Source of the DNA: Guillardia theta CCMP2712
Lineage: Eukaryota; Protista; Cryptophyta
Length of the DNA stretch: 64,000 nt
Assembly (NCBI RefSeq): GCF_000315625.1
Contig: NW_005434635.1
Coordinates: forward strand, 434,001-498,000
Direction: 5' to 3'
Made by a program: the position numbers and the translations under genes. Shown here piece after piece: positions 1-16,080 of the stretch. The notes beneath the pieces were generated by a model. It was given only the letters and a program-made list of their open reading frames with translations, did no database searches and was not told the DNA's origin. Positions within the stretch are counted from its first letter, which is position 1. Every line of letters starts with the position of its first letter.

Positions 1-39
1 AAGTCAGGACAAGTACCACAAGCCTCATATGAGTTTTGC

Positions 40-870
40 ATTCAAAGTAGGGGTGGGTATACTCGGTCGGGGTATATTGACGGGTACTTGTTTAACTTTG
101 AGTAAAAGGTTTCGATGTGGGGAGGGTGTGCAGTTGATTGAAAACTGGGGGTAGGGGGCCGGGGCGTAGCCGATGAAACTTGAACTTAATTCAGTCACTG
201 AGTTCCGGCCCGCCCGGCCGTTGACCGCCGTTACTACCGTGACTGCGCCGGCTGGCCGCGGCCGCAGGCTGCCACCGTGACACTTGCCCCGGCGGCCGCC
301 ACCCGGTGACCGGCCGGCGGCCCGCCGGGCCGCGCCGCCGCGCGTCGGACGGTCACCGTGGCAGTGTCCGAATCACCGGTACTGAGTCATGTGACAGTGC
401 ACTGGCACCCGGCGGTGATCGGACCGCTGCCGCAGGCTCGCCGAGTCGCGGCCCCGGGGGGCCACGGCGCCCGGGCGGGGCGCGGCCCGCGNNNNNNNNN
501 NNNNNNNNNNNNNNNNNNNNNNNNNNNNNNNNNNNNNNNNNNNNNNNNNNNNNNNNNNNNNNNNNNNNNNNNNNNNNNNNNNNNNNNNNNNGGATCGGCC
601 GTCAGGACCGGACCGCCGGGACCCGGCCGGCCCGGGCCCGGAGTCGTACTGAGTCGCGGCCAGTCACTGAGTGACGGTGCTCAGTCACTCAGTACCGTAC
701 AATTTGCGACGCGTCAACTTTCAGGGCGGTTTCGGATCCACTACCCACCCCCTCGGAGTATGGAGTGACTTCTGCTCCATAAAGTACCCCTGTATTTACT
801 ATTAAAGTACCCCTAGTTTCATATCAGCGAGATTGAAAGTGTCTACCCAACCCCCCCTTTCAACCCGATG
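40..870. promoter_or_regulatory. Putative bidirectional promoter: GGGGT/GGGTA cluster, GC-palindrome-rich core, TACCC cluster
   Basis: GGGGT/GGGTA motifs at 50-160 and their reverse complements (CTACCC, GTACCCC) at 741-860 flank a CCGG/GGCC-rich core. The right-hand cluster lies just upstream of the ATG at 903. Confidence 0.5.
492..591. other. Assembly gap (100 N)
   Basis: Run of N inside the GC-rich island. Confidence 0.99.
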
Positions 871-902
871 AGCAGAGTCTCTCAGGGTTCAGTCTCGACG
901 CA

Positions 903-2503
903 ATGGCGGCGCCTGCTCGGGTCGTGGGCGCCTGCCTGGCATGGGCGAGCAGCCGCGGCCTGCCGTCTCAGCTGTCATGTCACAGGAGCTGTGAAGCAGC
1001 CCTCTCTTCCATGAAGAAGGAGGAGCTGCGTGCTCTCTGCTCCAGTCTTGGGCTCAATCACGATGGCAGTACTGCTCAGCTCATCTTGTCGGTGGTGGAA
1101 ACGATCGTGGCGAGGAGAGTTCCGCTTCCTCCCGAGTACCCGTCTCTCAACTATGTCTCATCCCTCTCAGCCCATAGCGTTGACGTTCTGCCCTCCTTGC
1201 GCTGCTGGAAGTGTGGGGCTTCAGTGGAGCCCTGCGTCAAGAACATCGCAGACTTCCAAGTCGGTAGCTGGCCGCCGGGAGACAGCAGGAGATGGCAGAA
1301 CTGCGAGTCAGTTGTAATCCCGTCCTTGATCTGCCATGCTGAATGCGCCCGAGAGGAACTCGAGGAGGCGGGCAGGAGGGGCGAAACCGCCCGGCCACCA
1401 TCGAATCAGCAGTCCACCAGGCGCCGCTCTTGTAGGGTAGGAGACTTTGCAACGATCGTGGGGCTCCGATGGGAGGAGAGGTGGATCGGCCTGCAGGAGA
1501 TCCTCATGCTGGAGAGAGGAGGGAGCCTTGCTGACGGCCTCATCGACGTTCCTACTGGTCCCTGCATCGAGCGCGTTGCACTTCAGCTCTTGAACTGGTT
1601 CTCAATGTCTTGTGAGTCCTGGGGGGAGAAGAGCTACCTGCCTGCGCGCGTGTACCTGACGAGGAGGACGAAGCTCTGCTGCCGTGGGGGGTCGATAGTC
1701 GGGTTCATGACCTTCACAGACTCGCCCGACAAACACTTCGTCCTCCCCAGCCTCAATGCGATCTTTGTGTTGCCCGGGGCGAGGAGGAAAGGAGCGTGCA
1801 GGGAGATGGTACAAGATTTTGTGAGAGGGGTAGAGGAGAGGGAGAGGGGAAGCAACAGAGCAAGGAGAGAGGGAGAGGGAGGGAGGGAGGGGGGGGAAGG
1901 GGAAGGGGAAGGGGAAGGGGATTGGAAAGGAGATAAAGATTCTGGAGACTCTGCCAGCAACTTGCGCAAGCTGATGGGGATCGAGGTGAGGAGAGTCTGT
2001 GTGTTTGCTTGCATGCTAGTTGACGGGGATGAAGGTCCCGGTATCGCAGAAGCTCCTCCTTGCCCTTCCCCACATCCTCTCTCCTGCCACCCTCAAGAGG
2101 GTGATAACAGCCTCCTCCTCCTGCCAGCGTCCTGACCGCCTCCGAGCAGATGGTCGCAATCGAGCATGGCGACAATGAAGAACAGGTGCCTGCGTCCCTA
2201 ACTCTCTGAAACCCTCACTCTCTCCTCCTCCTCCTCCTCCACCACCACCACCACCACCACCTCCTCCTCCTCCTCCTCCTCCTACTCTTCATCGCCTCCG
2301 TCCACTTCCTACCCAGTCCTTGTTTCTCTTCACCATTTGAGGCGCCTGCTCTCGCAACTTCTTTGCCACTTTTCGTCACTGCCTTCAAACATACACGTCC
2401 TTCCTCCTTTACTCGCATCGCTTGCCAGCCCCTCCTGATCCTTTAGCAGGCCGCAAATCGCAGCACCGTCTGGGAGCTGCTAAATCGAGAGACCGTGCCA
2501 TGA
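903..2503 (+). CDS. SAP-domain + FAM169-like GNAT-fold protein (spliced)
   Basis: LSSMKKEELRALCSSLGLNHDGSTAQLI matches the SAP motif. CIERVALQLLN, LNAIFVLPGARRKG..REMVQDF (GNAT motif A) and GIE|VPVS resemble FAM169. Three GT-AG introns after 1985 lead to ...VWELLNRETVP* (TGA 2501-2503). Confidence 0.7.
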
Positions 2504-2650
2504 AACTTGTACTTTACAATCAATTTGCCTGCTCCTCCTCTTCCTCTGCCTCCTCCCTTCCTCTTCCTCTTCCTCCTCCTCTTCCTCTTCCTCCTCCTCT
2601 TCCTCTGCCTCCCCTCCTCTGCCTCCTCCCTTCCTCTTCCTCCGCCTCCT

Positions 2651-5600
2651 TCAAAAGGCTGCTGATCCGTCATTGCCATCCATGAAGTCCTGCTCCATCA
2701 GCTCGCCCCGCTTCGTCTTCCCTGCAAACATAAAATTATGATCAGCAACAGCTCGCCTCCCACCCCCATCCCCCACCCCCCTTCCTGTTCCTGTTCCTCA
2801 ACCTCCACCTCCTCCTCCTCTCTCCCCACCCTCCTCCTCCTCGTCTTCATCCTTGTCCTTGTCCTCTCCCTCCTCCTCTCTTTACCTTTTCTAAAGCTTC
2901 TGATCAATCTTGCTGCAAACAGCACACATGGCAATGTGGAGGCGGCACCGCATACCTACTCAAGACGTCAGTCCCCATCCTCCTCGAATGCGTTCCCGTC
3001 CTGGCACTGCTCCGCCTCCTCCTCCTCTCCGCCTCCACCCTCTCCTCCTCCTCCTCCCTCTCCTCCTCCTCTTCCCCTGTCCTCCTCCTCCATCCTCACC
3101 GCCCCGATGATGGCCTGCATGTTGGGGATGAAGCCGGGAGTTGGTATGTCGTTCATCCCGACGATAGTGACAGTTGCGAACTGAATTTGTTTGAGAGTCC
3201 TGACAATGAGGAGATGGAAGCGGCAGAAGCAGAGGAGCGAGAGGACGAGGAACGGCGAGGAAAGTCTGCAAGAAGAGAGAGGAGGCAGGAGGGGAGAGAG
3301 GGCAGGAGGGGGAGGGAGAGGAAGGATGTAGGGTGGGACCTGGGGGTCGGAGATGAGAGTTGCGTTGACGGCTTGGAAGATGCGAACCTGTCGAGAGATG
3401 TAAGGAAGAGGCGGGAAAGTGAGCGAGCGAGCGAGGGATGGGAGGTGAACATGCTGAAGTTTGATGAGGGAGAGAAAGGATGGGAGGAAGGAAAACAAGT
3501 TGGGACGGGGATCACAAAGGGAGCAACCGAATTCACCTGGAGAAACTCATTCTGTTCCATGAGAATATCGTCATAGATAGGGATGATGATGTATCTGAAA
3601 CATCATGTCGTGACAAAGAAATCTCTGTTTCCCTACCTCCCCTCCTTCTCAACTTCTCTTGTTCTTTCCCCCTGCCTCCTCTCCTCCTCTCCTCCCCTTA
3701 CTTTGTGCTTGAGTCTCCTTGCCTCCATCTCAGTTGCCCCTGCTTTGACACGTAGTCTACTCCCAGCCCCTGAGTTTCTCAGAGTCACGTGATGCACGCA
3801 GAGAGAGGAGAAGCAGGTGGAGGACGAGACAAGAAGATGGAGACAAGTGATGGCACACGAGGTTGGGAGTCGGTGAGATCAAGGAGGACAAGGAGAGAGG
3901 GAGGGAGGGAGGGAGGGAGGGAGAGAGAGAGAAAGGGAGGGAGGGAGGGAGGGAGGGAGGACCTGTGCAGCGAAGGTTCCGTTGAGCTGGACGGTCTCAT
4001 ATCTCACTGCATCATCATCAACCATGGATCGTCTCATCAAGGCTTCCCACCTGTCACAGAGAGATCGCTGCCTCCCGTCCGCGTCACTCCAAGTTTTGCG
4101 TAGCTCCATACAAGCTCCTTCACCCTGCCAAACCCGCCCCGTCAGCCTCCAGCAAGAGAAGACTGCAAGAGCAAGGGACGTACCTTAGCATCGTTGTCTC
4201 AAACTGGAGGAACCCAGGATATTGAACCTTGATTGTGTTCTGCAGGAATTCAGATAAAGGCGAGGACACGATGTAGGAGGGAAAGGGGGGAAGAGAAGGA
4301 GCAGGGAAGAGATATGTGTGCAAAAGAAGAAGGGTCTGAGTCGAGTGGGACGAGAAGAGAAGGAGATGAAAAGCAGAAGTGAAGCAGGAAGCGAGGATTA
4401 TGAGTGGAGGACGAGCAAGAGGAGAAGAAGGAGAGTTCTTCATCACCACTAGCCGCGCTGTCGTATCCTCCGGGTCGATCCCCTGGTCTACATAGACGTT
4501 CATGATGTTGAGCATACGCAGGGCGGGGTCTCCCGTCGCCGCCTGCGCCCTCGCCGTGAGGTTGTTGAGCGAGACTTGAGCTGGCAGTCCGGCAGGCCCT
4601 TCGGAGACGATGTAGATGATCATGTTGAAGTCAGCGCAGGCGCCGCCGATAGCGTTGGGGATGCAAAGAGCAGCTGTGCTCTTCTGATAAGTTCTGACGG
4701 CAAATAAAGAGCCCAGGCTCGGCTTGAGGAGACTGGCTGTCGACTGCAAAGTCTGTGCAGCATTCAGTCAGACAATAACCTTCTCCACCACGCGCGCTGC
4801 CCTCGCCTCCTCTCTCTCTTCACGCCAAAACCCTCACGACACATAATCCAACTCCTTTCTCTCCCCTCACTTGCATGCTCCCTCCTCCCCCCAGGTGCCT
4901 CCCCCCCTCCCTCTCTCCTCCTCCCTCACCACAAGTTGCAGTCTCCTGTAGTCCTGAGCATTGATGAGAATGGCAAGCTCCTTGAGGAACCCCTGGACGT
5001 CGAAGTCCGACGTCGGATACTGAGTGTAGATCCCAACTTGAGGCGAGGCGGTGCGGCGCTGGAACATCCTTTGTGATTCCAGCACTTGAGCTAGGTAAGT
5101 CCACTTACAAGGGCCCGCCACACATCTCATTCTCCTCTCACAGAGCGATCTAGTGTTCCACTGATGAATCTGCACAGTCTGCCCTGCGGGGAGGGTGGAG
5201 GTGATTTGTCCCAAAGACCAGTAAAGCTGGTTGCAAGTGCTTCGGATGCTGATCCTGTCTGTCGTACTGCACGTTCCTGTCTGGTCAATGCAAGAAGTTA
5301 TGGACAGAGGGCTGCTGGCCGAGTAGGGATCCGTCGAGCGATCGATGGCGGCGATGAACGAGACGTTCTTCAAGTTGGTCGCTCTGTCACAGACTCCCGA
5401 GCCCGGCGACATGATGGCCGGGATGGTGACATTGTAGATCCCTGGCTCAGTCTGTGTGATGGTGAACCTGCAGGAAGAAGTGTCGCCGGTCAAGGTACAG
5501 ACAGGACAGCAGTGCGACTTTGCTGCGGTAGCATCGTACTGAAGAATTTGAGTTTGAGTCACCAACCTTGACGTCGAAGGGATGTACTTGCCCCCGTACA

Positions 5601-6867
5601 CGTCCTCATCTACAAGCTCCCACGTCCCCTCGTACTCGATGAAGTCGTCGAGCTTGGAGGAGAGAATGGTCCCATCGTATCCCTTCACATTCGGGCGGAT
5701 CCCTATAGCAACGGACTGATTCTGGAAAATCTGGCCGGGCTGGGGACAAGGAAAAGACGGGTTGTTGTTAAGACAGGACACGCGAGGCAACCGGCAGAGG
5801 TACTGAGAGTTGCTCAGCCGCTGAGATTCACAACAAGCTCGCGGTTCCCCAGCTGCCCCACTATGATACAGGACGATAGAAGCGTTCCTGGTGTGGGTCG
5901 CGTCCGTTGAAGGGAAGTCAGCTCCGTAGACAGTGATGTACGTTCCTCCCTCCTGAGGGCCGAACGGAGGATCGATGGAAGTAATCCGAGCCATGTAGTT
6001 CATGAACCAGGCGTCGTTGGGACCGTGGAAAGGTTCTGACCAGGTGAGCGAGTAGTAGAAGATCTGGTTGCTGGAGGACGTGGCAAACGATGAGACGGTA
6101 GGCTGGTTTGCCACTTGGGCGAGGGTGTAGGGGTTTGTGAACCTCTTGTCATAGTCTGAGAAGGAAGTCTTGCCTGACTGAAGGTACGGAAAAGAGATCG
6201 CAAGGTCCATCCTGTACGTCGCTCCTAAGGGATCGGTTGAAGTCCTGGGCATGACCTTGAAAATGCCGGAAAAGCTCGCCACGTTGTTGAGGTTCACATA
6301 ACAATTCTGATTGGTGCAACGTTGGAAAGGGTTCGTACTTGAAGTGTAGATGGTGTTCCAGTCCATGTGATCCGTACTGGTCGCTCCAAAGTTCATCTGA
6401 CAAGCCAGATAGTCACTGGTTGTCTTGTAGATGTCGAACCTGACACGGCCGCTCGATGCATTGAAGTACGCCATGACACTGTGATTCCGCTCATATCTGC
6501 ATCCATCCGGCATCCCAAAGTATCCCTTGGATCCTGGCGAGCTCTCGAACACGTCCCCATAGAACCGCATCGTCAGGTTCAGCTTTAGTTCACTGTTGAC
6601 CGGTGCTCCTGGTGGCTCTTGCAAGATGAGCTGAAGCTGGTCTACTGGACATATCGACGGTCTGCCTGTCATCGGCTGACATTCTGACACAGTCATCGGC
6701 TTCGGGAAGTACATGTAGCTCGGCCCTCCCCCATCGGCATACCCACTTCCTCTCCATTCCCTTGCCAACACGCCCAGCACCATCGACACGTTCAGAGTTG
6801 AGTCCTGAGCACTGCAGCAAGTCAACCCAGCCAGGAGGAGGAGGACAGGTAGGCGGCTGCTGCTCAT
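2651..6867 (-). CDS. Type I membrane protein with IPT/TIG and Calx-beta domains, paralog A
   Basis: Signal peptide MSSSRLPVLLLLAGLTCCSA; IPT motif ITSIDPPFGPQEGGTYITVYGADF; Cys-rich region; Calx-beta motifs PGFLQFE..VKE..LGVTRTGGSD..ATVTIVGMND; hydrophobic helix then RSFRK. Introns include 4929-4753, 4446-4240 and 4183-4125. Collinear with the gene at 24821. Confidence 0.8.
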
Positions 6868-7024
6868 CCCTCCCCCTCCTCCCTCCCTCCCCCTCCCCCT
6901 CTTCGCGTCGCTGCCACAAGCCACCGCCATGATCCTCCTCCCGAACAGGCAGGTCAACCAACCGTTACAGAACGTTATTAATAAGGAAATCGTTACTGAC
7001 CGTTGAGGTCATCGGTCGATCTTT

Positions 7025-7180
7025 CAAATATTCACCCCACCCACCGTTATGGATGAAAAACCACCCCCACCATCCTTATGATTTCATGACCCCTGTTATA
7101 CTACGGAAAATATCAGTACCCTATGTATCTCATCATCCTCCCTCACTCTGGTGACCCGGTACCTCGACTACCCCTACCTC
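7025..7180 (+). promoter_or_regulatory. TACCC/ACCCC motif cluster upstream of the coiled-coil gene
   Basis: caccccac, ccacccccac, gacccc, gtacccta and ctacccctacc, all in the same orientation. Confidence 0.4.
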
Positions 7181-7233
7181 CTCTCAGTTTTGGTCTGAAC
7201 TCGGAAGAGAGTGAGAACGGAATCAGGGTCAGG

Positions 7234-7286
<53 letters not shown>

Positions 7287-7340
7287 AGGAGATCGAAGGA
7301 GATCAGGGGGAAGGGAAGAAAGAGAAGAAGATGCGGCTCA

Positions 7341-9498
7341 ATGATGCTGTACCCTGAGGACGATCCATTTCCTGGACTAAAACATTTGAAGTTGGAGAAA
7401 GAGTCCACGTAAACCAACAATCGTGTTGACCGTTTCCTCTGCATCATGGAGCACAAACTACATTCAATGGAGCCGTCATGGGCTCGAGATGCCGGGTATT
7501 CTGACAGGAGGTTCAGCAACACAAATTTCCCCATCGCAACAAAGCTGAGATCTGAGTTTTTGATGGACAAGGAGAGAGCGTTTGATACCCCAGATGTGAG
7601 ATGCAAGGGGAGGCAAGGGCCACCCTCACCAGCAGAGAGCATGAAGGAGGCCTTGAATGCGATCAAGAGGTATGACGTCATCTCGGACATGGGGAAGATG
7701 CAGGATAGCCTGTTGAGAATTATCGAGGAGCAGGTCCGGTTGAGAATGCAGCAGCAGGTTGAAAGGAACGTGAGCGGAGAGGAGGAGACTGAGATGGGTG
7801 CAGACAAGAGCGAATCGAGAAAATGTGATGGACTACGCGTCGACGGATGGATCTCTGATCAGAGAGTATCAGATCCAGAAGGAGGAGCTCTTCTCTGAGA
7901 TCTCTCGCCTGCAGGTCTGACTTGGATCCCGAACTCCCCCTCACAACCCCTTGAACGGCTGCTGAGGTCCTGATGCAGACGGAGATCATGAGCTTGAAGG
8001 AGAAGAACCTTCGGCTCAAGGCTGAGAATGAGCAAGCATACAACCTCGTGAAGATGGCAAGGGCATCTGAAACCACCCTCCAGGTGAAACGATGACGATG
8101 ATTTGTGTGCTCTTGTGAAAGATGTCTCCAAGCATGTGCTGGAAGAACGACAAGTCTCGCTGGACCTGCTCAAGAATGCCAAGAATGAGGCGGAGAAGCA
8201 ATTGAAAGAGCAAATGGTAACATCCTCGCATCGACTGTCTCTTGCTGATTTCCCTCAAGGAAACAGCTAGGTACGAACTACAGGTGAGAAGGAAACTTGT
8301 TCGATTGATAGACCCTTCCGACCGTCATGCAGAGAGTTCGACTTGAGTTCGAGACAGAGCTGATGTCCTTGCGCGCCAAGGTCAGGTCACGCTAGTATGC
8401 ATTCTGCTGATTGTTTGCGACAGAATCTAGAGCTTCAGGAGCAGAACAAGAAGAACGATGTCAAGTAAGTCCTTGATGCGTCTTGAAGCGATCATGGCAG
8501 TGGCTAACGAGAGTTGCTGCAGGCTGGCCGAGGCGTCTGAAAAAGTGAAATCAGGACGGAGGGTTTGTAGATGCTGATGTCGGAACAGTCAAAAGTTGCG
8601 GTGCAAGAGATCGAGCAAGCAAAGAACGCTGTGTCGGAAGCAGTGCTACAGGTCAACCAGGCTGACTCAGTCGTCGCATGCCTGACAAGAACGCAGGCCA
8701 AGAAGTACAAGTCGCTGCTGGAGCAGGAGACGACGGACAAAGAGAGGCTGCAGGTAAGGGATTGGAGGAGATGGTCGGCGGGAAAAGACTCCCCTCTGGG
8801 AACGATTGTTCGATGCAGGAAGAAAACTCGACGCTGAGCGAGAACTTGGAATCGTATCAGAAGATGTTGTCTCACGAGCAAATCAAGAGAGAGGAGACGT
8901 CTGCAGAGATCCTCGAGCTCCGCGCTGCCCTCCGGACGGTCAAGGCTCAGTTGATGGTTGCAAAACTCGTTGACGTTTGCGCTCGTGACGAGGATCACAG
9001 GCCGCAGAGAAGACGAGGGAGGAGCTGAGAAATCGACACGAGACGGAGATCAGCTCACTGAGGTGAACCCCTGCTGGACTTGCCTTGCTCACTTGCCCCC
9101 AAGGACGTCGCACAGGTCGGCAAGGATCGAAGCGGAGCAGCTCCGGTCGAGACTGAACGCCACGAGCTCGGCGTTGCAGGTGGGAAGGGAGGAGAATGTT
9201 GGGCGATGGGAGTGAAGGGGATGGCAGGCGCACCTGAACGGGCTGAGTAACCCGATGAAGAGCATCGAACATGTGCTGGAGGTAGCCACGAGTCCCTTCT
9301 TGTCTTTCCTCCCTGATCTCCTCTCAGTTGAACGGGAAGTTTTGCGATGCCTCAAACGCATCCCGCGACTACGACAGCCAACGAGGCTCGCCGACGGACC
9401 GGTCGGCTGTCCCTCCTCATAGATCGCCAGGTGTAGGGTCGCCGGTAATGGAGGGCCCGGATGAGAAGCAGGAGAAGGAGGAACATCCAGGATATTAA
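7341..9498 (+). CDS. Coiled-coil protein of unknown function (many short introns)
   Basis: E/K/L/Q-rich heptad exons (TEIMSLKEKNLRLKAENEQ; EENSTLSENLESYQKMLSHEQIKREETSAEILELRAALRT) separated by about 45-55 nt GT-AG introns; stop TAA at 9496-9498. Start uncertain. Confidence 0.6.
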
Positions 9499-9955
9499 CC
9501 TCAGCTGGTTCAACGTGGAACCTTGCGTCCTTGCTGTGTGAGATTAAAGATACCTTGAAGGCCTTCGCCATACCGTTAATTTGCCGAGGGGCGGCCAGTC
9601 AGTGACACTGGTTGGGACTTAACTCGGGCCGGGACTCCGGCGGCCTGAGCCTGGCCACGGCCGACCCGGTGGCCGGGCTCCGGCTTCGGAAGCCTAAGGA
9701 GTCTGGCCGCAGTGCTCTGACTAGCCCAAAAAAAAAGGTTTTACAATCAACGATTGACAAGACAAGATGGATGGTGATGCGAGATAGGAATGCGATCCAT
9801 GGCGAACGAGGAGGAGGAGGAGGAAGGGGCAAAAGAAGAGGAGAGGGGGGGAGAGGAGCGAGAAGGAGGGAGGAGATGAAGACACGAGGTGAGTAGCGAT
9901 GGGACAAGTCGAGTGAAGGCAGGAAGAGGAGGAGAGTGGCAAGGTATCCTCTAAC

Positions 9956-12717
<2,762 letters not shown>

Positions 12718-12817
12718 NNNNNNNNNNNNNNNNNNNNNNNNNNNNNNNNNNNNNNNNNNNNNNNNNNNNNNNNNNNNNNNNNNNNNNNNNNNNNNNNNNN
12801 NNNNNNNNNNNNNNNNN
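12718..12817. other. Assembly gap (100 N) covering the convergent 3' ends of two genes
   Basis: Run of N. Confidence 0.99.
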
Positions 12818-12879
12818 GAGGAAAGGCAGGAAGAACAGACGGAGGAGGAGGAGGAGGAGGAGGAGGAGGAGGAGGAGGA

Positions 12880-12920
<41 letters not shown>

Positions 12921-14465
12921 TATTTGACTTCACCTTCATGGACGAGCGACTCTGCGGTATCGCCATGAGGGAAGCACAAGACGCATCCCTGCCGGGGCTC
13001 AACCCCGCGGAGCTCGAGGCATCCCTCGACACGAGCTGGAGTGAAGAAGGTGGTACAGCCTCCGTCGAAGTCCTCCGTCAAGTAGATTACGAAAGTCAGG
13101 CGCGACCAGCGATCTCCTGTCTTGTCGTACACATAGTTCCCTTCCTCGTCGATCCCTGCTCCTCGTCATTGACTCCTCCTCTTCGTCACTGATTCCTCTT
13201 CCTCTTCCTCTTCCTCCCTCCCTCCCTCCCTCCCTCTTTACTCCTGCTCCTCGTCTTCCTGTCCCCCTCAACTCCCTCTCGTCCCCCTCTTCCTCACCCC
13301 CCTCCTCCTCGTCTCCTCCTCCTCCTCTCACCCGAGCCCGGCCATGCTCCATCCACGTGCGGCCGGTAGACGTTGCCCGTGGTGTAACGGTAGAGGCGCC
13401 AGCGGGCGTTGAGGCCTGCGAACTTGCCGTCCCCCAGCACAGGAGGCATGAGATGCTCCATCCTGTCAAGCAGCTTCCGCTGTAGACCAGGATGAGCGGG
13501 AGGAGAGCGGGAAGGAGGAGAGGGAGGGGAGCAGATAGAGGAAGAGGGAGGAGCGTGGCAGTGGGAGGACTGACCTGGATCTGCTCGTCCACCAGCCACA
13601 CGCATCCGTCAGCGCGCGAGTCAATGGCCTTGTCAAGCGGCTCATCGGGGGAAAAGCCCATGGCCTCAGCGACGGAGATGATTTGCCAGCACTCGTGGGG
13701 GGTCAGGACGCCCGAGAGGAAGAAAGCGCCGGGGACGGAGGGGAAGTCGAACCTTGTGGCCTGAGGGAGGTCCTGCTGGAAGTGGAGGAGGGAGGGAGGA
13801 GCATACCAGATGTTCAGGTCGTGCTTGTTGGGCGGGCGGCGCTCGCAAGCCATCTCGTGCCCGATGATGCGGAGGCTCGACTTGTCTACTTCGAGGAACT
13901 TGCTAGCGTCGTAGCTCCCGCCCTCCTGCTTCGGCACCGGGCACCATGCTGGAAACCGGCGCACCATCCCGCTCCCCTTGAGCAGCTCAGGAGCTCCCTC
14001 CTGCCCCTCCTGCTTCGCGTTCGCCGCTGCTGATGCCGCGAGACCGAACCAGTCCTGACCTGCCGCTCTCAGAATGGCGTCCAGCACCCGCAGCGCCTGA
14101 GGGTCGTTGGCAGCCGTTGCTCCCAAGTCGCAGTCCCGCACCCAACGCTGGACGGCCCCGAGCTTGGGGATCTCACGAGGAGCCCGCATGGCTTGCAGCA
14201 GCTCGATCGCGTCCTCCCACCTCTGATCTTTGAGCGCCTCGCTGATCTTACCGCTCAACGACCCTCCCCCTGCTGCATGCGGGACCTTGTTCCCTGCCGT
14301 CTGCCGTATCCGCTCCTCCACAATGGGATGCAACGCAGATCTCAAGGGCTTCATGCGCTTGTCACGGAGCATGTCGAGATGCTCACCGATGACGCTCAGT
14401 GTCCTCAAGGTAACCCGAAGCTCCTCGTCTGAGATGAGACTGGTGATGTCGTCCTTGCCGCTCAT
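12818..14465 (-). CDS. 2OG-Fe(II) oxygenase, prolyl-4-hydroxylase-like (3' end near or in gap)
   Basis: GAFFLSGVLTPHECWQII, GLNARWRLYRY..YRPHVDG (HxD), RLTFVIYLTEDFDGGCTTFF and VEPRQGCVLCFPH..LVHEG (distal His). Start may lie further upstream. Confidence 0.85.
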
Positions 14466-15079
14466 CTCGTCAGTCTCAGGAGAATCGTGAGTCTGTTCAG
14501 TCTCGTCAGCTTCCTCTTCGACGGCAGATGTTCATAGATGGACTTGTCAGCCAGCAAGCTCCTCTTCTTCGACATCTGCTGCTGCTGCTGCTGCTGCTGC
14601 TTCCATTTCCTCTTCTTGGTCTTTGCCATGCTGGATCGAACAGATCGTCAGAGAAACAACACATTGAAGAGCTGAATGCATGAGGAGGAGTTTGCTGCTT
14701 GCAAACAGAAACAAAGAGATGCGAAGAAAAATCGACTTAACATGTTTGGAGCACATCAAGATAAGCGGTGAGTTTAGATTTGACCTCAAAATGGGGTTCT
14801 AAAGAAGGCAGAGCCTTGACAGCATGGAGGACATAAACATGAAAGCATGTTGAGAGCATGTTGAAGCCCAGGAGTGCATCGAAAGCATGAGCGAGAGGAG
14901 CGAGAGGACAGAGCGGGGATGGCGGGCATGGCGGGCATGGCGGGCATGGCAGTAGATAGGTGGCATGCTGTTTGCATTTGCCATAGAGGGCCAGATCCTA
15001 GGAAAGCTTAGCGATGGATAGCTGGTCCTAGCAATCGCCCTAGGAAATGTGTTCCGAAAGGGGTGGGTTCTTGGCCGAA

Positions 15080-15240
15080 AGTACCCCTGTGCGAGGAGGA
15101 TTCAAGTACCCCTACCCACACTTTGACCAGTGAAATGAGTAGTAATATCGCATTATTGGGGGTCCTTCCATGTACCACCCCTTCTTTGAGATTTTTTGGT
15201 TGACCCCTACCCGGTCATTTTGAACCCTTTGGTCTACCAT
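15080..15240 (+). promoter_or_regulatory. TACCCC motif cluster upstream of a CT-rich leader and the protease gene
   Basis: gtacccct, gtacccctaccc, gtaccacccc and gacccctaccc. Confidence 0.4.
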
Positions 15241-16080
15241 CTTCCTGGTCGTCGGAAGTTTTCGCTTACAAAAATGCTGGGGCGGGCCCACATGGATTGG
15301 GTTTGTTGGGGATGAGGGCAAACACGGCTATTCTGGTGACTCACACGCAATGCACAGCTGCCGCGATGAACCTCCTCGTCCCCATGATCGTCAACCATGT
15401 CCTCTCTCCCTCCTACTCGCTCTCCTCCTCCTTCCCCACTCCTGTTTCTCCCTTCCTCGACCTCCTCCTGGATTGCATGCCACGTTTCACCCGGTTTATT
15501 CCTTACTCCATCTCTTCCATTTTCTTTCTCCCTACTCATCTTCCTCTCCCAAGGCGAAATCACTTCAATCGAATCCTGCATGCTTCTGTCCATCTCCTCC
15601 TACCCTTCAGCCCTGCTTTGATTTTCCTCTCCCTGGCGTTCCAACTGCGATGTTACCATACTTTGATCCTCCGTCCCTCAGCGGCATCTTCCATTCTTAC
15701 AGCATGGGAGCATATGAGAGATGCTCTCCTCAGCTAGATAATCCTCATGCGTTCCTGTCCTGCAGACTGAGGGATGATTGATGCTCATCTCATCTGATCT
15801 ATGTCTGTTTTTGTACTTCCTTGAATCCTCGTTCTCGTCCCCATCTACAGTCAATCTTAGTCTCTTATCTCAGTGCTGTTAGTCTCTTATCTCAGTGCTG
15901 TTAGTCTTTTGTACCTTGCGTCTATCTTACCTGTTTAGCTCTACATCCTCAGCACATGCTCATACCCAAACACACTTTGCGCACCCTGCGCTCATTGGTG
16001 CCGTGAACATTTTAGAGCATCTCCTGCTTGGAATCGTCTCGTTCCTACCTGCTAGTGGAGGCTGACAGGTTTGATCGCAG

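Noticed and set aside
190-720. MITE with terminal inverted repeats
   Set aside because: The symmetry is of motif orientation only; I found no alignable TIR or TSD, although the gap hides the centre.
15857-15908. 22-bp tandem ttagtctcttatctcagtgctg as a relative of the large array
   Set aside because: Only about 2.4 copies, sharing just cagtgct; the equal period is likely coincidental.
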